Shown here piece after piece: positions 42,157 through 57,185 of a stretch of 64,000 nucleotides of DNA. Every line of letters starts with the position of its first letter. Within the stretch, counting starts at the first letter, position 1. Source of the DNA: Eledone cirrhosa (taxonomy: Eukaryota); assembly GCA_964016885.1 (NCBI GenBank), contig OZ024744.1:87358001-87422000 (forward strand). The letters run 5' to 3'. The position numbers were made by a program, and so were the translations under genes. A model generated the notes under the pieces. The model saw nothing but the letters and a program-made list of their open reading frames with translations. It was not told the DNA's origin and did not search any database.

Positions 42157-42672
42157 ATTTCTTTATTGGCCACAAGGGCTGACATCAAGAAAAAACATTA
42201 CAGACGGCACAGGACGGTACAGGACGGTACGATGTGGGTTTTGTGCGTGCAAATATTTTTATTATTTATATAAGAAAAAAAAGGAAATAGAAACATATAT
42301 ATATATAAACAATAAAAATGAAAATTGAAACAATGAAAAATTCCCCAATAGGGAGGAAACCTCCGAGGGTTACTCGTGGCGAAAACCACACAAAAGACCA
42401 CGGCCACCCTGACCACCAGGGCAAGCGCCCTCTCCCAATTTTTCCATCTCTCAAACTACAGACGTATATTCAGAGTGGTCCCGTTCACTCAGACCATTCT
42501 CGCTACATTCACCCACCTTTCAACAAACTTGCTAGAAGGCAGCACTTGCCTCACCACCCTGATTTTCCTCTTCAAGTGAAACTTGAAAAATTTAATTAGG
42601 GATTCGCCGAAGAGGAAAGTGTCTGTCTTTAACCCTTTTAACCTTGTCCACAACAACATCTCTTTCGTCATA
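42157..42672 (-). mobile_element. Additional 5'-truncated 3' end of a Tx1-like element
   Basis: Paralogous to 42677-43135 (WTRLKGLKT, FVERWV); ends AATAAAGAAAT. Confidence 0.88.
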
Positions 42673-42676
42673 ATGC

Positions 42677-45600
42677 TTTCTTTATTAACCACAAGGGTTT
42701 ACATAAAGTAGACATTAAGGACAGTACAGGACAATACAGGACGGTACAATGGGCAATTCTGCGTGTAAAAAAATAAAAACAGAGGATGTAACAAAAAAAA
42801 CAATGAAAAATTCCCCAATAGGGGGGAGACTTCCGAGAGACATTTGTGGAGATAGCCAATTATAGGGCCACAGTGACCCTGACCACCAGGGCAAGTGCCC
42901 TCTCCCAGTTTTCCACCTTTAATTTACAGACACATACTCAGAGTAGGCCCATTCACTCGGGCCATACTTGCTTCTCTCACCCATCTTTCAACAAAATTCT
43001 GGGGAGAGAGCACTTCCCTCACTACCATCATTATCCTTTTCAAATGAAATTTGAAAAAGTTAATCAGGGCATCACCGAAGAGGTAAGTGCTCGTCTTCAG
43101 CCCTTTCAAACGTGTCCCCCATACTATCTCTTTCGCCATGGCCACCAGACAGATAAAAACTGCCTGCCCTTCCCGGCTAAAGGAAGATGGCGGGGCAATC
43201 CTCACGATGGACTCAGCTAATAGCTGGATCCGTCCTACACGTGACAGCAGGTGTTCGACATAAACCCACATGTCAGCAATGCTCGGACACTGGACGAGTG
43301 CGTACAGGACGGTTTCGTCGCCCTGCGCGCATCTCGGACATGTCCGGCTGACGGCACCTCCATGCCTGTAGAGTTTATCCCGAACTGGCAAAGCTCCTCG
43401 GTAGCACTGCCAGGCCAGGGATTTCTGGAAGTTGTCCATAGGCCTCGGCCCGAAAGTTCTTCCGAAGAGATTAGCTAGTTGAATTTCGTCGACGCCTATA
43501 GTTTCTCCAAGTACGTCGTCGCTCTTCCCCTCCACTAATCCTCTACAGAACACCAAGGTGGAGTTTCCACCGATCACATTGCCCGATTGATCGAGGGTTG
43601 TGAGCGCCTGATGACATTCCAGTCTCCAAGTGCTCCCTCTCGGTTTTCGCTTGACAGCAGCTCCGTCAAGGAGACGAGCTGGGGAAAGACGCGTCTAACA
43701 AACGGCGACCACACCTGATCACCGTCGAGGAAGAGGTGGAGATGTCGTAGCCTGAGCGCGTGTCTGCGCATCATCAGCCACTGCATGCCTAGCCCTCCGC
43801 GTAGCGGGTGTTGACAGCAGATGGACCGCCTGACCATCGGAGCGCGTCCCTTCCACATAAAGCGAAAGAGAGAACGCTCCAGTGCAGTCAGGCGGGGCTT
43901 AGGACAAGGTACGACGGTCAGGGGGTAGTAGATGACGGATGCGATGTACGCGTTAGCCACCTCCGCTCGACCTTTCAGGCATAGCTTCCTCTCCGCCCAT
44001 TTCTGGGTGAGAGAAGCCACCCAGCTCATCTCATCGTCCCAGTTTTTGTCCGTCTGGAGGTCCGGACCGAACCAGACCCCTAGCAATTTAACCGGTCAGT
44101 CCGTCCAGCGCCCGACGACGCTGTTGGACGGCATGGACCTGCCTCTCCAGGTGCTGAGCTGCAGGCCCACTGACTTTTCCTGGTTGATCATTGCTCCTGT
44201 CACCGCTTCGTATTCTCTTAGTGTAGTGCCGATCGCCTCGATTTGTTTGGCGTTGGAAACCACTACGGTGACATCGTTCGCATATGCTGAAACAGATCTT
44301 TCGCATTCTAGTTCGCGCGGCACGCCCCTCAACGTCTCCAGTTTGTGCAGTAATGGCTCGAGAATCAATACGTACAAAAAGGACGAGAGGGGACATCCTT
44401 GGCGGACCGAGTGCATGATGTTGAACGGTTCCGAAAGGTGACCGTTCACTTTCACCACAGAGCAGATGTTGCTGTGCATGGCAGCGATCCAGCCTCTAAA
44501 GATGGGTCCAAACGCAGCCTTTCTCAGGACTGCCGCTAGGTAACGATGGTCGACCCTATCGAAAGCTTTCGACTGATCTAAATTGATCAAGGACCCACCC
44601 GTGCCAGGTTCCCTAGCTACCCTCTCTACGATGTATCGCATGAGGTGGAGGTTGTCGAGGATGGATCTGTCTGGAATGGCGCATGTCTGCGCTCTCCCAC
44701 CAGACCACCAACGACAAGCGCCAACCTCTTTGCTAGCACCTTGGCCAAATCTTGAACTCTATGTTTAGCAGAGTTATGGGCCTGCAATTATCTATGTTAT
44801 CCCCCTTGTTCGGATCCTTTCTCAGCAGCGCCACAGCTCCTCGGCTCACAGAGCTGGGAATTCTCCCGTTCTGTTGCCAGTTGCCGTAGACGTCCGCCAA
44901 GAGGCCTCCGAACAAGTCTGGCATATGTACGTATAGTTCATAGGGCAGACCATCCAAACCAGGCGATTTACCCCTTGTGCAGCTAGTCATTGCCTCCCGT
45001 AATTCAGCGGCTGTTATCAGCTTTTCGCAACACCCCGCCTCAGTGGCCGAGAGCCGCGGCAATCCGTCGAAGTAGACACTAAAGTCCATCACTCGATCCG
45101 GCCCGCCGCTGCCTCCGAACAGTTGTGCGAAGTGTCGCTGAAAAGCTTCACACATTTTGCCGGGATCGAGTAGCATACGCCCGTCGTGGTCCACCAAAGA
45201 CCGGATCGTGGCTTTGTTGCCACGACGCGCCTCCGCCACTCGGGCCCATTGAACGGCTTTCGTCCCCTCGTGTTTGAGAGCACGCACCCTAGCTCTGACA
45301 ACGGAGCCTTGGTGCTTTGCATTGAAGAATTGGTCAAGGGCCAATTTCCCCGCAAGTACGTCGGTCGCGATGTCTTTGCTAAGCGCCTCGTCTAATTTTC
45401 TAACTAGTTCTCCCTCTGCTCTATTTTTCTCTATTTCTAAAGCCTTACTAAACCTAATGGACTCTATTGTAATCGATCTTTTCAGAGCAAACCACCACTT
45501 GTTGTTGACGATGGCCCCCGTCAACGCCCGCTTAACTAGTTCGCTAATCCGGTCTCTGTATGTCTTGCGCGCTGGTAAGGACGCGTTTAGCTTCCAGTAG

Positions 45601-48185
45601 CCGGGTCCTCGTCTATGAAGGCTATGCTAGATCTATCTATTTCCATACCAAATACTCTATCTAGATATGATCTGGATGCCCCTATGCGATTTGTCCAATC
45701 CACATTGGCACATTCGGGAAATCCAATCGGTACCTGTCAGACAGTTCAAAACGCCTGAGCAGGTTGGTGAGACTCTTGCACCCTCCTCCTCTATCCACTA
45801 ATTCCACACAGTCCCCAGCGTGTATCTAAGATCCCGTTCCAGTCTCCCACTAACACTAAAGAGCGGGACGTTCCAAGAAAGGTCTCCAGACGCCGGAAGA
45901 AATCAGGCCGCCATGTTCCTTCGGGGCATAGACGGTCACTAGCCTGAAAGCTTGCGCGTCTTCGCTGGTCACGTCCAGCACCACCAACTTACCTTCTGGG
46001 TCCAGGAAGATGGCCCGTATGGCGAGATCCAAACCTCTCCGAAAAGCACAACTCCTCGCCCCGATCCAGGACGGCTGGGAGATGCGTACACATCGTAGCC
46101 GCGGAAGATCGGTGCGAAGGTCCGTGCTTCGGAGATTCTGGTCTCGCTGATGGCTACTACATCTATGTTTAGTGACCTGAGGTCGTTGAGCAGGTGGCCC
46201 TGCTTCCATGACGACCCCAAGCCATGCGCATTTATGCTGGCTATTCTGAGTGAGCTCATGTTCAAATAGAGTGGAAAAGATGGGAAAGACTACTTACCTT
46301 ACTTCTCGTAGAGGAAGGATAGTTTCTCCATCCTTTTCGCTGCTTGTGGCCTCCTCCGGAATTTTTGTTTTAGTGTCGTGTACGTTTTCTATGTGATGCG
46401 AGTGAATTGTATGTGAAGAGGTGGTGTGAACTTTTGGGTTGTTGTGTAATCTTTTTCTGTGATGCTGGTGTTGTGTTGGATGTAGTGTAATAATTGGTTG
46501 TTGTTCAAATTTAATGCTGTGTAGTGTGAATCGTTTTGGTTGTTTTGTTTTGTTTGCGTTTGTTGTTTCTGTTTCGCTTTTCGGTGACTGTTGTGGTGTT
46601 GGTGATGGTGGTGTTGGGGTTAATGATGGTGTTGGTGTTTGTGGTGATGGGGTTGGTGATGCTGGTGTGGATGGTGGCATATGTGTCCTAACTCTTTTGT
46701 TTGTTAATTTACTTTTTTCCCTCTGTATTTTGTTTTTGGAGGGGGAAGAGAAATTTTTCTTTTTTGGTTTCTTTTTCTTTCTCTGATACCGTTTTGGTGT
46801 TGCTACTGTTGCTGGGGTTGTTGCTGTTACAGTTGCTTCTGTTGTTGCTGCTACAGTTGTTGCTGCCATCTCTGCTGCTGGTGGTGTTGATTGTTGAGTC
46901 ACTGGGGTGGGTAAGAGAGGTCGCCTCAACCTTTTAGCCTGAGGGCAGAAAGCCCTTAGGTGGGTTCCTTCACCACAAACGACACACCTAGGTCTTCTGC
47001 CCTCGACGATTACGGTGAGGTGGCTGCCGTCAGTGAGGTCTATTACCTCTGGGATCTCCTCAGTGCTTTTATGGTCCGCTTGGATCAGGAGCTCCATCCC
47101 AGATCCAGACCAGTTCTCCTGCTTTTCTTTTGCGAGGACTGCAGCCATTAGCCAGGGAATTTCGATGGCCGGTGGAACGTGGGTCACCCAGATCTTCACA
47201 AGTCTCTGGCCACAATAGCTTGGGACGAGTGTGAAGTCGTCACTTCTTAATGGGGCCATGGAGTGTTCTCTGGCCTCCTGTGGTGTTTCAAAGAACACGT
47301 CCACGGTTCCATACTTCTGCCCACGTCTGATGTGGGTTTTTTTGCCCACACATGTCCCAAAGCTTTTTGGATTTGGGACTCGGATGCCCGTTCCACTCGG
47401 CGCGATTTTATGTTAATTGTCCGATAAGACACGGTGCATAGGCGACGTTGCTCCATTTTATTAGGTGGGGGGTTAGGCTGACCCTGTACCCATCTTTCTT
47501 TACCATTCCTTTGGCTTCTTCTAATTCCTCCTGAGTTACCAGGATCGCTTCGCACGTTTTTGCTACTCTGGCAAAACTAAGGGTAGTTTTCTTAATTTCA
47601 TTGTTGTTGTTGTTGTTATCGTTGTTTTTGCTATTGTTAATTTTAGTTTCAGTTGTGGTGGTGGTGGCCTCAGTGGTGTTCGGTGTGGAAGAGTTCATTT
47701 TGGTTGAATTCATTTCGATATCACGAGTTAATTTTTTTGTTTTTGTTTCTGTTGTCGCTGTGGTGGTGGTGGGTTGGTGGTTGTCGCGGTGGTGGTGGTG
47801 GTGGTGGCGGCTTTAACACCTGCAGTCAATGGTAATGGCGGGAAATGAACGTCTGCCTGAGACAAATTTAAAATATTGGTACTGCTTACATTTCCAGTGT
47901 TGGCAAACGTAGCAATATTTACAAGGGTGGTGTCGGTGTGAGGTGTTAGAGTGTGAGGAAGGGGTGACTCTGAGACATCCATGATTTTTTAAAGAAAGAT
48001 TTTTGTTTGATAATTATAAAAAGTTTAAATTTTGGGCTCAAGGCCCAAATATTTTTGAGTGTCCTTTTCAGAAATCAATGTATGTGCACTTATATACAGT
48101 TAACAATAAAAAATTTCCATATATGGCAATTTTAAACAACTGAAATTACAAACCATTGCCGAGCTCACGATGATACGAGTTACTA
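42677..48185 (-). mobile_element. Near full-length Tx1 (L1-clade) LINE with frameshifted ORF1 and ORF2
   Basis: ORF1 about 47982-46294 with zinc knuckle CVVCGEGTHLRAFC. ORF2 46265-42924: INAHGL/SET (APE), WWFALK, KSPGLDGLP, RPITLLN, DQSKAFDRVDH, VRQGCPLS, AYAND, CPRC....ET..Y....C. Confidence 0.93.
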
Positions 48186-48214
48186 CGTAGGTAGCCAATA
48201 ATAATAATAATAAT

Positions 48215-48780
48215 AATTTGGTATTAATAAGTGTGGAGTCCTAGTGATGAAGAGGAGTAAATTGAACAGAAGCAACGGAATCCAGGTACCAACACGTAAG
48301 ATGATAAAGGAAATTGACACTGAAGACGGATACAAGTATTTGGGTGTTCTGGAGGCTGATGAGATCAAGAACAAAAAAAATGAAGGAATTGATAAGATCT
48401 GAATACATTCGGAGAATAAGGAGCGTATTAAATCACATCTGAACAGTAGGAATGCCATAAGTGCAGTAAATACCCGAGCTGTGTCTATTATTAGGTACAG
48501 TGCGGGAATTCTGATTTGGAGTGTTGCTGAATAAAAAGAAATAGATATGAAGACTAGCTATTGACTATCTACAACATGTTCCACAAGAGGAGTGATGTCG
48601 ATAGACTCTACTTAAGGAGATCTGAAGGTGGAAGAGGTCTTATCAGCATAGAGGACTGTGTTCAGACGGAGAAAAACAACCTACACAAATACGTGTCCGA
48701 TAGTAAGGAGCCAATGCTCAGAATTGTACTGAAGGAGAGGACATTAGACCAGGGGATGTCCAAGGAGGAAATAACAACAT
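48215..48780 (+). mobile_element. Internal fragment (RT thumb region) of an R4/Dong-type LINE
   Basis: GYKYLGVLE, AVNTRAV.IIRYSAG, H.RSDVDRLYLRRSEGGRGL. Confidence 0.85.
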
Positions 48781-48815
48781 TTTTTACAATTCCAATCTAT
48801 CTTATTTATCATTTT

Positions 48816-48851
48816 TCTTCTGATGAAGGACACACGTCCCAAACGTCAGGA
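48816..48851 (+). ncRNA. Minimal hammerhead with G12C lesion, in a short pLTR-like module (~48790-48930)
   Basis: TCTT-CTGATGA-A-GGAC-ACAC-GTCC-CAAA-CG-TC-AGGA; downstream sequence homologous to the reverse complement of 57670-57760. Confidence 0.65.
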
Positions 48852-48929
48852 CCCTCTTCTTGCTATTTCAAGCGTTAATATATCCCTTCCATATACTGTA
48901 CCAATTGTGTTGTTATTTCTGTCCCTTTT

Positions 48930-48961
<32 letters not shown>

Positions 48962-48978
48962 TATTCACATTAACTAAT

Positions 48979-49054
<76 letters not shown>

Positions 49055-49055
<1 letters not shown>

Positions 49056-49357
49056 TGAGTCTCAGTCATTGATGTTAGTTAACTGGAAAGTTTGTTGAAA
49101 TGAATATCAAGCCACTACCTGCAGCCTCAGATATTCAGGACGTATCGGAGGGTTCTTGCTGTTCCCAGCAAGCATGCCTTTTGAAGCGTTCCAAAAGCGT
49201 GAAGGGGCCAATTTTCTTTAACCATCCCTGGAAACTTTTTGGAGATAGTACCTAGTGCGCCTATGACAATCGGGACCACTTTGACTTCATGGCAGTTCCA
49301 AATCCTTTTTACCTCCCACTTTAATTTCTGGTATCGGTTAATTTTCTCCCTCTCCAT
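49055..49357 (-). mobile_element. Short 3' end of the 41388 R4/Dong-type LINE in (ATT)n
   Basis: Highly similar reverse complement of about 41780-42080. Confidence 0.92.
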
Positions 49358-49379
49358 TATTATTATTATTATTATTATT

Positions 49380-52300
49380 ACAGTTGCATTTATCTTGCTT
49401 TATGTTCATACGAGTTATCACCAAGTCACAACCAGTGACCTCAAGAGACAACAAGGTCCGCCATGTTCAAGAAAGAACATACATATTCACACATGCATCT
49501 TTAGTGTTTAGACTTGTGATGTACTTATATTGACAGAATCTTCCTTAGTATATGGGCAGTTCCCATTAGTACTATCTTTTGTATTTCTCCTATACGCGGG
49601 TTTCCTGGGATTTGCGATAAGTAGTCATTAGAACCCTTAGGTATCATTCCCAGAGCGCCTACAACCACTGGTATTGTTTTAGTTCTCAATTTCCACATTT
49701 TTCCAATTTCTATCTCCAGGTCCTTATACTTGCTCAATTTTTCAAATGTTTTTATAGATACATTCTTGTCTATTGGAACAGACATATCAATTAGCAGGCA
49801 TACCCTCTTTTGAAAGTCCTTCAATATTATATCAGGTCTATTTGTATCTATTTTTCGGTCTGTTTGGATGCTAAAGTTCCACAAGATTGAGATGTGATCT
49901 TTTTCGAGTATGGGAGGTGGTTGATGCTCCCACCAATTCTTTTGATGGGGCAGGTCAAAATGCTTACACATTATCCAATGTATGTATTGTGCAGCTCTGT
50001 CATGCCTGTTTAGGTATTCGGTTAGAGCTATAGGACTGCACATTGAAATTATATGGTCAATGGTCTCTGGTTGTTTTTTGTTTTGCATACACGGCATAAT
50101 GGGCTACACCCAAATTTATTATGTTGGGTTGGTAATTTTTGTTGGCAGACACTGATCTTGTGCCGATATAATCAGTCCTTCAGTCTCCGATTTCAGTCCA
50201 GAGGATGCCAACCACTGATGGGTTAAAGTTTTGTCAACATCAGGATTGTTAGCTCGCTCTGGGTATTTTCCATACAGAGGCTTTTCTTGCCATTTCTTAG
50301 CCAGTTTATGTAGCAGTTCTTTCTTTGCAGTTACTTTTACCTGCTTTGCTTTTTCTGTGTTTTCCATTTCAGCAGTAAATGGGACTTCTGAAATGTGTAG
50401 TCCATTACTGTATCTTTGTGCATCTTTTGTAATGGAATATGATCTTTGGATGCTTTCGTGTTTCAAAACGAGTTTGATCATCCAATCATGTGATTCCCTT
50501 AGATATGTAAATAATCCAATTGTTGCAGTTTTCAACGCAATGTCTAACTGGATTAACCCACGTCCTCCTTCTTTCCTAGGGAGATATATTCTATCTATAT
50601 CTGCCTTAGGGTGATGCATTCTGTGCATGGTTAAGAATTTTCGAATTTTTGTATCGAGCATACGGATCTCTGTGCTTGACCAGTTGATGACATTGTAACT
50701 GTAGGTTACTACTGGTATGGCAAGCGTGTTTATGGCATCGATCCTATTCATTGCATTCAATTCCGTTCTTAAGATTGCTCTTACTCTGCGGTAACATTCC
50801 ATCCTTATCCTTTCCCTCATTGTCGAGTGCTTGATTCCGTCTCCTTCACAAACACCTAGATATTTGTAAGTTTTTTCTTGATCAAGTTCTCTTATCACGT
50901 TCCCCCGATCAAGATTAATGTCTGAACTCTTCAGCAGCTTTCCTCTGGTGAACGTTGCTTTGGCGCATTTATCTAGTCCAAACTCCATTTTAATGTCATC
51001 ACTGAACTGCTTCACAGTGGATAATAGCCCTTGCAATTGTTCATCATTTTTTGCAAATAGTTTCAGGTGATTAATGGTTTTGTCATAGACTTTATATCCA
51101 TGTTTTGTTTCATTGAGCATTTTACTTAATGGTATAAGTGCGATGCAGATAAAAGCGGTGATAAAGAGTCACCCTGAAAAATTCCACAATTAATATTAAC
51201 TTCTCCAGCTTCCAGTGATTTTATTTCACTATTCAAAAGGAGTGTCGTTTTCCATGTCTTCATACTGAATGACAAAAACCTCCTGACAACGGGGGATATT
51301 TTGAAAATCTCTAAACATTTTTCAATCCAACTGTGTGGCAAACTATCGAATGCTTTTTTATAATCTATCCAAGCAATCGATAGATTTTTGTGTCTATTAT
51401 GACAATCTTCCAGTATCATTTTATTAACCAGAAGCTGATCCTTACAGCCATATGAGCCTCGTTTACACCCTTTCTGCTCAATGGGAAATAGGTCATTTGT
51501 TATCAGGTGGTCATATGTGTATTCAGTTAGGACTGATGTTAAAATTTTATACATTGTGGTCAAGCAAGTTATCGGTCTGTAATTTTTGGGATTGTTTGTC
51601 TCATCATTCTTCGGAAGCAGGAATGTAATGCCGCTAACTAGCCATGATGGTATTTTTCTGGCTCATTAACTATTTCATTGTAAAGTTGGGCTAACAGCTC
51701 ATGAGACTCTGTGAAGGCATTTATCCAAAAAATTTGTATTTTGTCTTTTCCTGGGGATTTCCATTTGCTGGTTTTTCTTAGAGCCAAGCGCAACTGTTCA
51801 ACTGTTATATTTTCCCATATTTGTTCCTCAAGGTGAGCTGTATCGTTCATTTGACTGTCTATCCATGGGACATGTATGTTATGAACTTTTTCTTCGGCCC
51901 AGATCTTTTCCCAGAATTCTTGCACTTCCTCCTTGGGTGGTATTGATTTAGCAGTTATTGTTAACTTACCAATTTTTCTGTAGAAGTTTCTTTGGTTGTT
52001 TTTGAACATATTATTGTCCTTATAGAATCTAGATCGTTTTTCAAAGCGCCTTATACGAGCAGCTTTGGCCGACACTTTTTGCTTGATTATTTCTATCAGC
52101 ATGTCTATGTCACATGTTGATTTTATACTGTACTTTTTTTTCAATTTTCTAAGTTTAGTTTGTTTAACATGTTCACCTACTTTATAGTTTGTTAAAATTT
52201 CTATGTCAGATCGGAGAAGGTTTATTTGGCGATTGATGTTCTCTTGCCAAGTAGATTTCTTGTGGGAATTCCTTTGTTGTTTCATCTTCACTCCACATAA

Positions 52301-53325
52301 GTGAGTGGTGACTTTAGCCGATGCATAATAGAGATGATTTAAATCAGTAATGTTTACTTTGTTTGTGATGATAATGTTTTTGAGAATTATGTTAGTCTTG
52401 TGTATTATCTTTTGGTTCTGTTTGGAGTTCTGGATCTTAGGGAGGGTGTCTCGTTGCCCCATGTCAGATTCTTTCATTTTCATCCATTCGATCATAATTT
52501 CATCCTTCAAGTTGGCAAGTTCATTCTCATTCATTTCTTTATCATTTACGATCTCATTATTTTCATTTGGAGTTTTATCCTGAGCATGCACTCCCTCCAC
52601 TTTTTCGATCCTTTCTTTAATTTGTTCTGTTGCCAGTGATTCCGCCCCAACCCTGGGGGTTCGAAGTGTTACAGTTTACCTCGTTTTCACTGACACATGT
52701 TTCATTTTCCCTTCGCTGACTTTGTGCTAATAGCTTGATCTGATCAATTTCTGTATCAGTAAGTAACTTTTTTCTTACAATATTTCTTCGTATATTGGCT
52801 AGTTTGTTACTATCAATATAGCCTCTGTTTTCGGGATGTTTCTTTTTCCAGTTGATATATGTCTGTTCTGTATTCGATGTATTTGATGGGTAGTACATGG
52901 CAGTGTAGAAAGCCTCAAGGACTTCTTTATTATCTTCCCTTGACCATTTTTCTCTCTTTTTCTTTGGATTTCTTGGTGGTGAGCATGGAGGGCCAACAGT
53001 AGGAGTATTCCGGTTATGGGAGGTCTCCAGCTCCGAAGTGATGGGAAGGTTTGAACCATTAGCTGATTTTTCGACCCCAGTCTGGTTCCTCTCTGAGGGA
53101 CGCGGCCCTTTTTTACCCGGGTGACGGCCGATCCGGTATGAGATTTTATCATTAGACATTTACTTTATTTTGTCGCGTTTTATCCTTATCCGCCAAGGGG
53201 TAATCATTTCGTGTTACCACTTCTAGAATGAGTGTCAACCAAGACTAGAGGGGTCGTTCTCCCCTAGAGACACGGCTATCCCCCGCCGGCCGCCATCCCG
53301 GTATTTCTTGGTCACGGGGTTTTCT
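49380..53325 (-). mobile_element. Near full-length R4/Dong-type RLE LINE, single ORF broken by frameshifts
   Basis: ORF pieces 53159-49525: WSREDN, WKSPGKD, YRPITCL, EQKGC, WIDYKKAFDS, GIFQGDSLSPL, YKYLG, GGRGL, AQDQ, ETIDHIISMC, RHD, RPD, EKLSKYKDL, VVVGALG. Confidence 0.93.
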
Positions 53326-53459
53326 TTTTGTTGTTTTTTTTAAATTGTTATTATCATGAGTGGTTCCTTAATGTGAGCATTGCGTGGCTTAAGAATGAAA
53401 TTATTAATAATTGTCTCCACTCCAGGCACAAGGCCAGCAATCACCCAGTGCATTACAAT

Positions 53460-54548
<1,089 letters not shown>

Positions 54549-54553
54549 TTAAT

Positions 54554-55080
54554 GTGAATGACAATAACAATAGTTTAAATACGAATAATAATAGAACACC
54601 TAGAAATAATAATGATAATACGAATAGTTTAGGTTATAGAAATAACATGGAATTGAACTGTAACTGTAGAAGGAAATCTGAATGCCCTTTACAAAATAAT
54701 TGTCTTGACAAGAATATAGTATATAAATGTACCATTAAGACAAATAATAATAATACTTATAACTACATTGGTGCCACTTCATCGAACTTTAAATTTCGCT
54801 TTTCCAATCATAAACATTTTCCATCCAGATAAAAAATTTTCTACATCATTATCACAATTAATATGGTCTTTAAAAGAGAAAAATATTAAATACTCAATTT
54901 CTTGGAGTAAACTAAAGAATTATGATTCCTATCGGAACGCTTCCATTTTACCAAATTGCAATCTTTGCAATTTGGAAACTCTATTAATAATTATAAATTA
55001 TGGTAATTTAATTAATAAGAAAAAATAATTATTCGGAAGTTGTCTACATAAGTCTGGAAGAACATTTCAAGCATTATACA
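54554..55080 (+). mobile_element. Penelope GIY-YIG endonuclease 3' fragment
   Basis: CNCRRKSECPLQNNCLDKNIVYKC...YIGATSSNFKFRFSNH...STSLSQLIWSLK...CNLCNLE. Confidence 0.9.
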
Positions 55081-56208
55081 AATTTCGAAAAAAAATACAG
55101 ACTATGAAGAGAGAAAAAATATTGACTATTAATAATTCTTGAAATATTATTATTATTATTATATGTATATAATGTTTTGACTTACCTTAAAAATTGTATA
55201 TCGTTTTTATATAGTAAATTAATCTCATGATGAGACTCGTTATCTTAAGTTTGGAATCTAGAATGGTCATTGTGTAACTAGAAATTTCTGAATTTGCGGT
55301 TTGAAATATCTTTTGGCTTTCAAAGTACTTAAATATCTTAAATGTTCACATACGTTGAACGAGTTATCTTCCTTTGTTTACATTCTTCGTAAATCATTTT
55401 TTTCTGTCCAAATGGATTGATAATGTATATTTAACATGATTTATACAGTTTAATAATATACGAAAAATCCTTAAAGGGAAACTATATATAATAAGATGTA
55501 ATTACGGACGTTAAATCGAAATAATAATACTTTTAAGAGTAAATATAACTACTAATTAATCCTGTAATGAAATGATAACCAATGAATTGAAATGATTTTA
55601 TAATGAAAATAGAATAATTCAGATAATAATTCTTAACATTCATATAAAATACATATACTGATGGTGATATATGCATAGGTTTTAGTAAATATCTTTATAG
55701 ACTTGCTTTAAAGATAAAAATGTTTTTAAATATTGTAACAAAATATTTAGTAAATATATTAATTAAAATATGCTTCTGATTACTATAGAACATATTTTTA
55801 TATTGTTTAATTTTAATATAATATATTAGTATAATTAGCTTAAACATAACCAAATACAAAAGATATAAAAAAATGTCATGGTATTTAATTGGTCGCTTCT
55901 ATTTGACTTAATATTTGAAAACAACGGTCACACATCATTTCCCTTTCTTTCTTTTTGCCGTTACGTCTTTCTTCTCTCTTCTATTTAAATATTTATGTAT
56001 GTATGTATTTATTTTCTTCTTGCATTTCCTCATACTCACCCCCTCCTTACACCTATATCTCGCTCCACATCCTCTTCTTCATTAAATTTAAGTTTATCAT
56101 CTTATTATTTGTGGTATTTAAATGTTGAAATATGTTGTAATAAATCACTGCCAATACTGGAATTGAACCATCAAGACCGTTGAGGTATGTCATACATCAA
56201 TTCATGTA

Positions 56209-56270
56209 TTTTATCTGACGAGAACGTACTGAAAAAACAGAACTGTACCTTCGAAATATATATAATAAAA
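56209..56270 (+). ncRNA. Type I hammerhead ribozyme, intact core
   Basis: TTTTAT-CTGACGA-GAACGTAC-(15 nt)-GTACCTTC-GAAA-TATATA-TA-ATAAAA; 6-bp stem I, 7/8 stem II, palindromic loop III; about 140 nt before (TA)n. Confidence 0.8.
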
Positions 56271-56411
56271 CATATTTTGATTATGTAAATGTCTTCATTT
56301 ATTAATATTCTGAATAATATTAATAACTCCAGAAAACTTCATTGTAGGGTGCTTTTAATCTATTGTAAAACTATATTCATTGAGTAATCAATAAACCATA
56401 TTAATCTTTAG

Positions 56412-56498
<87 letters not shown>

Positions 56499-57130
56499 AA
56501 TATAAATTAGCGAGAATCGTATTTCGACTTTGGAAATTAGCGAAAAACAACTTCCGAGATGTGTGGCAAGCGCTCAATAATTCTAACGAACCAGAGCTAC
56601 AACATACGTTAAAAGGCCAAACACACTGAGAAGATGGTTAAACCATTATCCGCACAGCCATAGAAACGACCAAGTAATTCGGGTCAAACAAATAAAAAAA
56701 TATGATTGAAAAATTTACCCGGACCCCTGGATGGTTGGTAAAAAATCCAGCATTTGGGTTTCTGCGACTCCTAAATCAAGTACTGTCCGCTTAAACAAAT
56801 AATGTTAGGCTTCTGGTAAGGTGATTGAACAAGGAAGTGACTTTCTCAACAGGCTTTTAGTTCAAGTGCCAGGCCAAGGATTGACCGTTACCAATACCCA
56901 CGTGGGGCTCGACAAGGGAGGCAACCCTTATTTTTTGGCGGATGAATTCAGTATGTGTATATTATTGCAAAATTGCAAAATATCACAAAACGAATTAAGC
57001 TCCCAACAGAATGGTTTTAAAGTTAACAAAAGCTATTCATCAGTCAATAGAATCAACTAAAAAAATCAAGAAAATTATCTGGTCAAAATATATATATATA
57101 TATAGGGAGAGAGAGAGAAGAGAGAGATAG

Positions 57131-57161
<31 letters not shown>

Positions 57162-57185
57162 TGAGAGAGAGTTAGTACACTGGAA

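Noticed and set aside
41388-48780. Dong fragments at 41388 and 48215 as one element split by the Tx1
   Set aside because: Order is not collinear (the 3' end precedes the RT part), so they are independent insertions.
55222-55265. CATGATGAGACT...AGTTTGGAATCTAG after the GIY-YIG fragment as the pLTR hammerhead
   Set aside because: Position is plausible, but both core strands are mutated and stem I is not recoverable.
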